Positions 39,801 to 51,897 of a DNA stretch of 64,000 nucleotides are shown in pieces (the stretch's first letter is position 1; each line of letters begins with the position of its first letter). The stretch lies in NCBI GenBank assembly GCA_047967505.1, contig CM106538.1; one strand, given 5' to 3'. A program made the position numbers and the translations under genes. Source of the DNA: Dipteris shenzhenensis. Lineage: Eukaryota. The notes beneath the pieces were generated by a model. It did not search any database and was not told where the DNA came from. It was given only the letters and a program-made list of their open reading frames with translations.

Positions 39801-41345
39801 TCCAAGATAGATTGTGGGCAATCCTCCGTTGCTTTCCAAAGCTTCAGCATGAGCTCATAGAGTAGGCTCATACTACAACCCTCATGATCAAAGAGTCGAA
39901 GCACAAAGTACAAGGGCTCTATGGCCATCTCGATGGAAAGCGCTTCCTACCAAAAGTGATTGTCGAAGACAATCCCCTCAACATTTTGTCCAGCAAGTAA
40001 TCTCGATTCATTCCAGTCCAGCCAATCTGAATTGGTCATCATGCAACAAAGGCTTTCTTTGGTCTTAACCAGCCTATGAGAATGAAGCGACAAGCCCTTC
40101 ATGAGTACTTGGTCAAAAAAAACATTCCAAGATAGAAAGATAAACAAATTCAAACAATTAATAATTCGATGAATCATGATTCTGGAATCTTACCTGCTAA
40201 GAACCAAGAACATGTAGCCAAATCGTGTCTTCGATGGTCTCACAAGCTCCCACTTGCACTCCCTTCTAAATAACGCCAGTGCATGTGGCTTACGAGTGAT
40301 AAAAGTCACTAATTGCATGGCTTTATCGATCACATTAGACATCCAAGGCAACTTTCCAATATCCTTCATCATCAGGTCAAGAGAGTGTGAAGCACAAGGG
40401 GTACACACTATCTTGGGATACTTCTCCTCAAGGAGACTTCCCATTCTTCTGCAGTTGGAGCCATAGTCGATGATGACCTGCACATTCTCTTCACGAACCT
40501 CCTTGATGGCTGCCTCAATATGGCTCCATATCCACTCTCCAGTGATGTGAAGGTTGGCATGTGATGCATCGACCACCCTCAAGAAGATACTTCCAACACA
40601 AGAACCAACCAAGATATTAATCATGCGTCTCCTCTTCGTGTCACTCCATCCGTTGGAGACTATGGTGCATCCATACCGACTGCAGGCTTCCTTGAGTCCC
40701 TCCATGTCTTTCTTATTTAATCCCACATGCTTCTTCAATTTTGTGGTGCGGAGAGTCTCAGAACTAGTAGGTGAAAGGAATGATGCTCCTGCTCTACCAA
40801 CTGCTACAAGTGCATGGCAAAACTTTTTGTAGGCAGAAGTCCTTGCAACATTGAAGGGAATATTGCAAAAGTAGAAAAATTGCTCCTCTGCAATTTCAGC
40901 CTCTTGCTTCAAGCGTGGTGCCCAAGCAGCCTGTATAGGAGTAACTCTCGGAGTGACAGCTGCTAGACCACATGTCCTCTTGACTGAAGGCCGTGGAGGA
41001 GCTGATGGCATAGCGAACAGCCCAACTCACATTGATGCCGATGGAGTCGTGCCATGTAAAGGCTCAGTAAAGGCACTCCCATGCACCTCTGCAGACGATG
41101 CAACTTGCATGTACCCCTCCTGATGTGACTGTGACATATCCACATCCCCTGTATCTAACTTGGATGATGTGATAGTGGATGTGACAGTTGCCTGTATGCG
41201 CAACTTTCCCTGCTCTTGCAACACATCAGCATGAAGTGCACCACATGTGACAGGACTCGCCACTGTGTCTGATCGGCCTCTGTATCTTGTGGACTGATCG
41301 CCTCTTACTACTCTCTGATTTGACATAACAGGGTCTCCCTGTGTC
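36897..41345 (-). pseudogene. intron-containing hAT-family transposase (DUF659-like plus dimerisation domain), degenerate
   Basis: FFYFCNIPFN, TIVSNGWSD, PCASHSLDL, RPSKTRFG, LALRILSQDCTSGPAERIWS..HTKKRN/K-LSVEQLNRLVYVNANLRL. Phase-consistent GT-AG introns at 40193-40074 and 39202-37184. Internal stop at 39947; no TIRs found. Confidence 0.9.
37232..39080 (-). mobile_element. small non-autonomous LTR element (TRIM-like or deleted copia) in the last hAT intron
   Basis: TG...CA LTRs at 37232-37520 and 38834-39080; PBS tRNA-iMet 38820-38831; PPT (taccccccca on +) at 37521; TSD aaggc/aagac; internal LLFYADDM remnant. Confidence 0.92.
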
Positions 41346-41359
41346 GGTGTATCTCAAGT

Positions 41360-43718
41360 AGTTAGAGCCCAATACAAACCTGGTCATGGAGTGGATCAAT
41401 CAAGATAGTAAACTGAAGCCACTCCCATCCTGATAGAGATAGTGGTATCACCCCTGGATCTAGTAGTAGGCTGGGCAGGCGCAGAGAAATTGCTCCTCTG
41501 TCTCAACCACTCCCAGTATGCATAGCATGCAGATCCGCTGCTCTCTGAGTATACGTGTTGCTCTCCCTGTCTCAATCCTCAGTTGATGGGATGAAACCCA
41601 GATTTGCCCAATAGCGATCCTCAGTGGATGTGAGACTCCTCTGTCCTCAAGATACTGGGGTCTAATGATGAATCCCTCCTCCGAGACGCTCAGGAAGTGG
41701 TCGCGGTAGAACTGTGTCTTACATATGGAGCTACTGATCTCCCCCCCCCCAAGTCAGAGATGTGTGGAGCTGGAGGAGATCTAACCATATGATACGGTTA
41801 ATCTCATCTCGCGGGATCGACTCAGGAGGTGCATCCATACTATATTAAAAGGGAGGGAGCCTATCCATCTGAATCCTGTGTCTGGCAAACCATGTCAATA
41901 TACGTGCATACCATGTGTCCACCCCGCTCTCAGCTAATCTTCTGGATGACTCCAGGGCCACCCTCGATAGTCTCTAGTGGAGTAGGTCCCAAACTCTAGG
42001 AATGAATGTTACCGTCTAGAAGATGGCATCAGTCTATATTGGTGTCATGGCGAGCTCTGCCTGTACTATCTTATGAGGGACTAAGGGCTTGCTCCGAATC
42101 ATCCAAGATCCCATAGTCACCTGTAGCCTCTCAAATCTCCTCCACTCTGCTATCGGTAGATCACAACCCCAGAAGGGTGCTGCATACATTGCAATCGGTC
42201 GCACTACCATATCAACAAGCCAACACGTCGTCGGTGGATCCTGAAAGTGTGCCTGGAAGCACTATCTCTCCAATCATGCCAAAGCACCCCGCCCCCGTGT
42301 GAGTCATGCATGGGCTGCATGTGTCATAGTGAAAAGGGATCCTGTGAACATTGCTCCCAGATATGTGTAGGACTGCACTATCTCCACTGGCTCATCTCGA
42401 TAGGTGAAACTGAGTCAACGAAGCACTGCGTGTGAGGAGTTGAAGACCATAACCTTGGTCTTTACAAGGTTGGTTGTCAAGTCTCTCTCTCTACAAAACA
42501 CCTCTAGGGCCTCCAAATGTCTCTACAGCCCCTTCGCTGAGGATGAGATAAGGACTATGTCATCAGAGTATAGCAATATCTATATCATGAGATTGGCCAA
42601 AGGTAATCTGATACGTTGGAATCTGATTAGTCATGAACATCGTGAGGTGCTGCTTTTCACGAATCCCAACATACTCCTGGTTGGGACAGGTAGGCCCTTT
42701 CGTCGGCTTTCTCCCCCCCTAAGAACTGTACATGGTCTAGCCTAATGCTGTTTCATCTCGTTCGTACTAAACAAATGTCCAAACTTATCCAAATCTAGTT
42801 GTTCGTCTCATGGACAGCAATCCCGTTTCGGGCTAGCATGTTTTTGCCTTTGGCGTTGAAGTAGTCAAATACGGCTTTCTTGACGAGACCACACTGCCAA
42901 CCGGCATTCTTGGAATTCAAAAAAGAAATGGCGGAAAAATCGCTTTCGCCCCCTGGGTGGTCTATGAAGGAAGTGATCCCATCAATGTAAAGCCCAAAAA
43001 GGGTTGGTGAGAGGAGACAGCCCTGCTTCACTCTAATTGTACTCTCGACCTAATTCGATAGACCACCTCGGACACGAACTCTGCCTCTGACTGACTCATT
43101 TAGGCTTCATCACTCCCTATATCAGTGTCTCTGGAATCTGCAGCTCCTATAGTCTCCTGATCATGCGGGCTTGTGGGACAGTGTCAAAAGCCTTCAAAAA
43201 GTCTACAAAGCATGTGTAGACCTTCTTGTGTCTAGTTCTCACCTCCTCAATGAAGCCCTTGGAGTTAAGATGTGATCTAGGAATGCTGCCTGTCCTAGTG
43301 CCCACTGCCCTCGAGCCTCTGTATGACTTCTAAGCTCCCTCTCTAAAACTGATCCATAAATCTTCGCCAAAGTATGGCCAATCATGAGGGTACAGTAGTT
43401 CCCAGTCTCCATAGGGTCCCCAACTTTGTGAATCGGCATAATAGTGGTGGTGCTCCAAGCAAGTGGGAAGCCCTGAGTCGTGACACACAGCCCGGTTGAG
43501 CATCTGTGCTAGGACTGGAGCTAAAACCTCCTCTCCATGTGCAAAGTGCTGAGTCTGTATGCTCTCATGGTCCTACGCTCTCCGATTGTGTAATCGACGA
43601 AGTGCAGCTCATACGTTCAGTGTGGTGAATAGGTGACAGGTGGTGAGCATAGAGGACATATCCGGCGGTGTCTGCATCTGGGCATCATAGAGGGAACATG
43701 CATATCTGTGCCACACAT
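41360..43718 (-). mobile_element. RTE/RTEX-type LINE, RT and 3' part
   Basis: PIHKVGDP..GNYCTLMI, FLDHILT, VYTCFVDFLKAFDTVP, KQGCLLSPTLFGLYID, ILLYSDD, C-terminal EDHFLSV; interrupted at ~42603-42947. Confidence 0.85.
42608..42734 (-). pseudogene. nad7: NUMT: 3' end of a mitochondrial group II intron plus the following nad7 exon, unedited
   Basis: CATGTACAGTTCTTAGGGGGGGAGAAAGC...CCTACCTGTCCCAAC (end of domain V plus domain VI) followed by GVCWDS*KAAPHDVHD*SDSNVS, matching Nad7 GVCWDLRKAAPYDVYDQLDF.VP. Confidence 0.88.
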
Positions 43719-46700
43719 TGAAGGATGTAAGAGGTGAAGGTTTTGTCTAAGTGACAAAACCTAAACATATCCACTAACCATAGTTAGGGATCCTAATTGG
43801 GTTTAGGGGGAAAAAACTCTAATGAGGGAAAAGTGCCCCCAACTCACTTATTGACTATACATCGGTCACTCCTTGAATTATGGCGATAATTCCAACACCC
43901 CCTTGCAGTGCCAATGTGATCATGTACAAGGAAAAGATCAATCGCCAAAAGGAGATAAGTTCAGGGCAATGCGAAATGCCTCAAACTTCTCACGTGAAAG
44001 TGCTTTGGTAAAGATGTCTGCAACATTGTCATGTGAGGAGACATAGATCATATTGATCCCCCTGCATGCAACTTCTCTCTGACATAATGATAATGAACCT
44101 CAATGTGCTTCGTGCAAGCATGAAACACGGGATTCCTCCAATATGATAGGTGAAGATCAGCAAATAAACGGGGTAGCCACACACACTTAAATGTTGCTAT
44201 GAAAGCTGCCCTATACTCAGCTTCACATGAGGAAGTAGCCACAATAGATTGTTTCTTACTTAGCCAAGAAATGCAAGCATGTCCCAAAAAGAAACAATTA
44301 CCAATTGTGGACTAGTGTCATAATCTCCAACCCAATCTGAGTCACTGTAAGCATGCATCTACAAGTCACCCCCCCTGGGGGGAAACATCAAGCCATAAGA
44401 CTTTGTGCCTTGCAAGTAACGGAAGATGCGTTTTACAGCTTGCCAATGTACTGTCTTTGGCATGTGCATATACTTGCTCACCTATGATACAACAGAGGCC
44501 GTGTATTGCACAAATAAATAAGGCATCCAACAGCCTCGCTATAGAGTGTGGCATCTACTGATTCACTTGCATCATACATATTAAGCTTCAGCCCTGGCTC
44601 CATGGGAGTGGATGTAGGCTTGCAATCTTACATGTTGAACCGATCCAAGAGCTTTTGCACATACTTGGATTAGGACATAATAATTCCACGTCTCTCTTGT
44701 AAGAATTGGATTCCCAAATTAAAATGTAACATTTCAATTCAGCTTTGAATTCTGCAATTTTTCCTTCATGTAACCCTGTGAGCAGCATGTCATCTACATA
44801 AAGAACAATGACCAAAATATCCCCCCCATCATTTTTGATGTAGAGGGTACTTTCAGTTGGACGATTATGAAGCCCCTTGCTGGTCAAAAAAGCATCAATC
44901 TTGGAATACCATGCACGTGGGGCCTGTTTCAGCCCATACAAAGCTTTATTCAGGTTGCAAACTTATGTGCATTACCCAAAATTTCAAAGCCAGGAGGTTG
45001 TTTAACATAAACCTCTTCCAACAAGTCTCCATTAAGAAAAGTTGTTTTTATATCCAACTAATGAACATTCCAATCAAAATGTGCAGCCATAGCAATAACT
45101 GATCTGATAGTGGTCATCCTGGAAGTAGGAGCAATTGTCTCCTCATAATCAATGCCCTTCTTCTGAGCATAGCCTTTTGCAACCAGTCGTGCCTTGTACC
45201 TATGGCATTCTTTCCTGGTGGCAAATCCATAAGATTCCAGGTCTAATTTTTCTTAATGAACTGCAACTCATCTTGCATGGCATTCATCCAATGCACATTG
45301 TCCTTAGCTTCTTCAAAAGTATCAGGCTCTTCTTCATCAACAGGAGTACCTGCATAAGCTGATTCAACAGAAAGAGCCCCCCCTTCGTGCCTTGTTGCAC
45401 TACGAGTTCTGCCAGGCAAGGAGCATCAAGCTTACTCTCCCTGAGAGTTTGGAGCAGCCAATTGGAAACAAATTCGGCTGCATGTATTTCTGTAATCTCT
45501 TGCCTGACAGCATCTTCCACTGCCTGTGGAGGAACGAAATCAGCCGGTGGCTGAATCCGGGTATGTGGAACATGAGGAACTTGCTGCAAATTCTAATTTT
45601 CAGCACGGATGTCAGATGCAGCACCCAAAGCAATGCATATTAACCCCTCAAAAACATAATCTGATGTAGAAGAAGCTGGCACATAAAATTCAGCTTGTGT
45701 ATGTGCTGAATTTTCGGAGAAGATTACATCTTTGCTAACAAAAATCTTGCCTGAAACAGGATTGTAGAGACGATAACTTTGCTCTCTACACTATACCCAA
45801 CAAATATGCATTTAAGTGCCTTGTCTGACAGCTTATGTCGAAACTCAACAGGCACATGGGCATATGCAACACATCCAAATACACGAAAATGTTCCACTGA
45901 AGGCTTTTTCCCATGCCAAACTTCATAAGGAGTCTTTGTTTTCAAAGCCTTAGTGGAAGCCCGATTCAAAACTTAGTTGGCACATATGAGACCCTCAAGC
46001 CACAACCTGTGAGGCAACTTTTTGCTTGTGAGCATGCATCTATCCATCTCCATAAGAGTTCTATTCTTCCGCTCAGCTTTGCCATTTTGCTGAGGGGTAA
46101 GCCTCACTATAAGCTGATGTGTGATGCCTTTCTCTTCCAAAGAAGCCTCAAATTCATGAGACATATAGCCCCCCCTCTATCTGTGCGTAGAATCTGAACC
46201 ATGACGCCTGTTTCATTCTCGACCTTTGCCACAAAGTGTCGAAAATGCTTACACATCTAATTTTTTCTTTAAACCATAGACCCAAGTGCAGTTTGAGTAG
46301 TCATCAATAAATGTAACATAATAGAGATAACCACCCAATGTAGAAGCCCTCATGGGACCATAGACATCACTATGAATGAGCTGTAATTTTCGAACAGCTC
46401 GTACTGCACCATCCTTCTTGAAAGGAAACCTATGCATCTTCCAAGTATGCACCCTGCATAGGCATGAGGGGGAGGTGACTCCAAAGGAGGCAAAGCATCA
46501 ACCATAGAATGTTTTTGAAGTGTCATCAAGCTGCCATAACTCATATGCCCATATCTAGCATGCCATAACTTAGCATTCTGCAAAGCAACAGTGGGAGAAG
46601 AAACTGCAAGTGCATCATCTGATCTTTTCTCAAAAACATCAGGTTAAAAAAGACCACGAAACAGCATGCCAAATAGTCTCAAGGCATAATCATCTTCCCT

Positions 46701-49700
46701 ATCTCGAACTGCACTTGTCATCTTCAAAGACAACCTGAAATCCTCTTTTATTGAGAGAGGACACTGAAAGCTAATACTTCTTGATTCCAGATACATAAAG
46801 CACATCATGAATTCTGAAATTTGTGTCATCTGTGGCTATAAGTACAATCTCACCAATACCACGAACTGAATAAGAAGAATCATTTGCACAAGACAACCAT
46901 CTTCCAACGGGTTATGGATGCAGAGAATCAAACAAACACTTCCTCGAAGTGATATGTTTGGTGGCACCACTATCAAAGTACCAATTATTCAATGTCTCAT
47001 TGACATTGAAAGCACATGAATCCTTAGAAGGATCATAACTACTAGTCAGAAAAACACAAGAGTCATCCTCAGATGTGGCTGTAATATTTGGAGCAGCCAC
47101 CTGAAAATCAGAACTGCACGTCAAAAAGACATACTCTTCTTCCACTAAGTTGGCTGAAGCATCACCACCATCATGTGCATGAGCAGCTGAATCTGTGACA
47201 GGCATATTTGAATCCTTTTTCTTTTCCTTGGCAATTCTTTTCTTGCATTCTCCTATATAGTGACCCGGCTTCTTGCAATAATGACAAACACCCTTTCTCT
47301 TGGGCTTCTCTGCATCACTCTTACCCTTGTGAGAAGGCTCTCCAGAATCAGCTTTATGCTGATGTGAAGCCTGATTTGCATGCTGCTTATGCTGTCCCTT
47401 CCCTTTGGGCTTGAATTTTGAAAGCATGGAATGTGCACCAGCTCGTGAAGCCATGTTCTTCCTGGTTTGTTCTTCCTGCAACAAAAGCCCTATCAACTCA
47501 TGAAAGGTGAGAGGGTTGCCACCCCCCCTTCAAAGACAAGTTCAATGAGGTGTGAAAACCAAGATAAGACTCAGGAAGAGAATTCAAAGTAGTAGTGACC
47601 ATCTCTGAATCTGGAATAATCTCATCAATATTCGAATAATCTCATCAATATTCAACAATTGCTCTAAAGTTTAGTGAGGTACTCACTCATAGAGTCACCC
47701 TCATCCATATGAGTATGAGTCAACTCTCTCTTCAGGAAAGAGACCCTGGCATCATTTTGGGCTGAAAACATACTCTTCAAAATAACCCAAGCTGCCTTTG
47801 AGGTCTTGCATGAGCGAACGTGTGGAATGATAAACCTTTTGGCGAAAAGCTGAAACTGCTTGGCATCACGTGAATCCCACCTCTTCTGTTCTTGTGTGGG
47901 AGCCACCACTGCAGCAATGGCTGCACCGACCTCTACCCCTTCCTCCACCTTGTTGAGGAGGAATGGCAAGTGCAACCACATTCTCTGGCTGGGGTCTCAT
48001 CCCCGTTGACATAATTGTGAGTTGGAGAGTGAGAGCAAAGTGTGAGCAGAAGAGCAAGAGAGTAGGAGACTGAGAGCTGAAAGCAATAGTTGCAATAGAA
48101 GAGTGTAGTACAACTGAAGAGTGGGATAGGTTTTGTCTAAGCGACAAAACCTTATCCTCCACCAACCGTAGTTAGTGAGCTAACTGTGGTTAGGGAAAAA
48201 GACCTCTAAAATGAGGGAAAAGTGCCCCTAACCTACTTATTACATTACATTGGTCATTGCTAGATTATAACAATAATTCTAACACCCCCCTGCAGTGCCA
48301 ATGTCATGTACAAGGAAATGATCAATCACCAAAAGGAGATAAGTTCAGGGCACTGCGAAATGCCTCAAACTTTTCACGTGGAAGTGCTTTGGTGAAAATG
48401 TATGCAACATTATCATGTGTTGACACATAGATCATACTGATCTCTCCTGCATGCAACTTCTCTCTAACATAGTGATAGTGAACCTCAATGTGCTTCGTGC
48501 GAGCATGAAACACAAGATTCTTTGCCACTGCAATAGCACTCTGACTATCAGTGAGAATTGGAGAAGGACCCTCCAATGAAAGATGAAGATCAGCAACTAA
48601 ATGACGCAGCCAAACACATTCAACTGTCGCTGTGAAAGCTGCCCTGTACTCAGCTTCACATGAGGAGGTAGCCACTGTAGATTGTTTCTTGCTCAGCCAA
48701 GAAATACAAGCTTTGCCCAAAAAGAAACAATTGCCACTTGTTGACTGCCTAGTGTCATAGTCTCCAGCCCAATCTGAGTCACTGTGTAGGCATGCATCTG
48801 CAAGTCACCCCCCCTGGGAAACATCAAGCCAAAAGACTTTGTACCTTGCAAGTAACAGAAGATGCGTTTTACAGCCTGCAAATGCCTAGTCTTTAGGCTG
48901 TGCATATATCTGCTCACCTGAGAAACTGCAAACTGAATATCAGGTCGTGTATTGCAGAGATAAATGAGGCATCCAACAGCCTAACTGTAGAGTGTGACAT
49001 CAATTGATTCACCTGCTTCATGCATTGTAAGCTTCAGCCCTGGCTCCATGGGAGTAGCTATGGGCTTACAATCCTGCATGTTGAATCTGTCCAAGAGTTT
49101 TTGCACATACTTGGATTGAGACATACCGATGCCACTTTGCTCTTGAGTGAACTGGATCCCCAAATAAAAGTGTAGCAGCCCCAAATCTGACATGTCAAAA
49201 GTGGTCTCCAATTCAGCTTTAAAATCTGCAATATTGTCTTCATTTGACCCTGTGAGCAGTAAGTCATGTACATAAAGAATGATGACTAAAATATCCCCCC
49301 CATCCTTCTTGATGTAGAGGGTGCTTTCAGTTGGACTGTTGTGCAGCCCCTTGCTGGTCAGAAAGGCATAAATCTTTGCATACCATGCACGTGGGGAGTG
49401 TTTCAGCCCATACAAAGCTTTATTCAGCTTGCATACCTGAAGTGCATTTCCTGAAATTTCAAAGCCTGGAGGTTGTTTGACATAAACCTCTTCCAACAAG
49501 TCTCCATTTAGGAAGGCTGTTTTTATGTCCAATTGATGAACATTCCACTGAAAATTTGCAGCCATGGCTATAACTGACCGGATGGCTGGATGTAGGAGCA
49601 AAAGTCTCCTAATAGTCTATGCCCTTTTTCTGAGCATATCCTTTTCCAACCAGCCTTTCCTTGTACCGATCAACGGACCCATCTGGCTTTCTTTTGACTT

Positions 49701-51866
49701 TGAAAACCCACCGTGTACCTATGGCATGTTTACCTGGTGGCAAATCGACAACTTCCCATGTCTGATTTTTCTGAATGGACTACAATTCATCGTGCATGGC
49801 ATTCATCCAATGCACATTATCCTGTGCCTCTTCAAATGTCTCAGGCTCCTCCTCATCAAGAAAAGCACCTGCATAAGGTGATTCAACTGAAAGAGCTCCC
49901 CCCCCATGCCTTACTGCACTCCGAGTTCTGCCAGGTAATGGAGCATCAATTTTACTCTCCCTGAGAGTTTGTAACAGCCAATTTGGAACCGTTTTTGCTG
50001 CATGTATATCTACAATTTCTTGCTGAACAACCTCTTCCACTGCTTGTGGAGGTGGTAAGATATTCTGTGGTTGAATCGGAGCATGTGGAGGTATCCGAAA
50101 ATTTTGATTTGCATCAGATATATCAGCAAGGGAACCCAAGGCAATGGGTAGTAATCCCTCAAAGACATCATCGGAAGAAGTAGGCATATCAAATTCAGCT
50201 TGAGTGTGAGCTGAATTTTCTGAAAATATAACATCTCTACTGACAATAATCTTGTGTGTGACAAGATTGTAGAGATGGTAGCCCTTGCTGTCTGCACATA
50301 CCCAACAAAAATGCATTTGATTGCCTTATCAGACAACTTATGTCGAAACTCAACGGGCACATGAGCATATGCAAGGCATCCAAAAACACGAAAATGATCC
50401 ACATAAGGCTTTCTCCCTTGCCAAACTTCATAGGGAGTCTTGGTCTTCAAAGCTTTTGTGGGAGCCCGATTCAAAACATAATTGGCACACATGAGACCTT
50501 CAAGCCAAAATTTGTGAGGCAATCTTTTGCTTTTTAGCATGCATCTATCCATCTCCATAAGAGTACGATTTTTCCTCTCAGCTTTGCCATTTTGCTGAGG
50601 GGTTAGCCTCACTGTAAGCTGATGTGCAATGCCCTTGTCTTTTAAAAATGCATCAAAATCTGCAGACAAATACTCCCCTCCTCTATCTGTGCGTAATGTC
50701 TGTATCTTGAGTCCTGATTCATTCTCAACCATGGCTGCAAAGTGTTTGAAAACCATAAACACTTCTGATTTGCGTTTCAGCCCATAAACCCAAGTGTAGT
50801 TGGAGTAGTCATCTATAAAAGTGACAAAGTAAAGATGACCACCCAATGATGGAGTCCTCATGGGACCACAAACATCACAATGAATAAGCTGTAATTTTCA
50901 AGCAGCTTTTACTGATCCATCCTGCTAAAAAGAAAATCTGTGCATTTTACCAAGAATGCACCCTTCACAGGCATGTGGAGGAGGTGTTTCAAGAGGAGGC
51001 AATGCATTAACCATAGCATGTTTTTGAGGTGTCATCAAGCTGTCATAATGCATGTGTCCATATCTGGCATGCCATAACTCCGCATTCTGCATAGCAACAG
51101 TAGGAGTGGAAACTGCAAGAGCATGTGCTGGTCTTTTCTCATACATGTCAAGCTGAAAAAGACCACGTAACAAAGTGCCAGACAATCTCAAGGCATAGTC
51201 ATTCTCTCTGTCATGGACTGCACACTTGTCATCTTCAAAAATGACCTGAAATCCAACTCTGTTAAGAGTGGACACTAAAAGTAGATTTTTTGTGATACCA
51301 GGTACATACAAGACATCAGAAATTTTGAATGTTGAGCCATCAATGGCTGTAAGTTCAACTTCTCCTATACCACGAACAGAATAGGAGGAGTTGTTGGCAC
51401 ATGTGACCTTTTTACCAACGGGAGGTGAATGCAGAGATGTGAAAAGACACTTCCTGGAAATTCTTTAAATTTTAAGTTGTTTTAATTTTGGTTTTTGATT
51501 TCACGGTCATGAAACCCAAAAGCTCAAACTGACCCAAGGTTAGAAATCAATGACTGGAAATGGTTTTTTATGTTTTCAAACCTTTTCAAATTGACTTAAG
51601 GTTGATTCAAAATACGAAAGAGATCTAAGGAAGGCACACAACCCCACCCAAACATAGACACACGCAAGCAAAGACATGCCATTGATTGAAAATGGATCTT
51701 GGGTCAATTCCATAGCATAACAAATGTGATGATAACAATGATGGCTTGCACACATCATATGCATGAGCGCACACACTCATTCAGAATTGAGAATATGTTG
51801 TGAAGACAATAAGGCTGAGGGGTATGGGGGGAGGGGGGGGGGGGGGGGTGAGGGGTTGGGGGGTTT

Positions 51867-51897
<31 letters not shown>

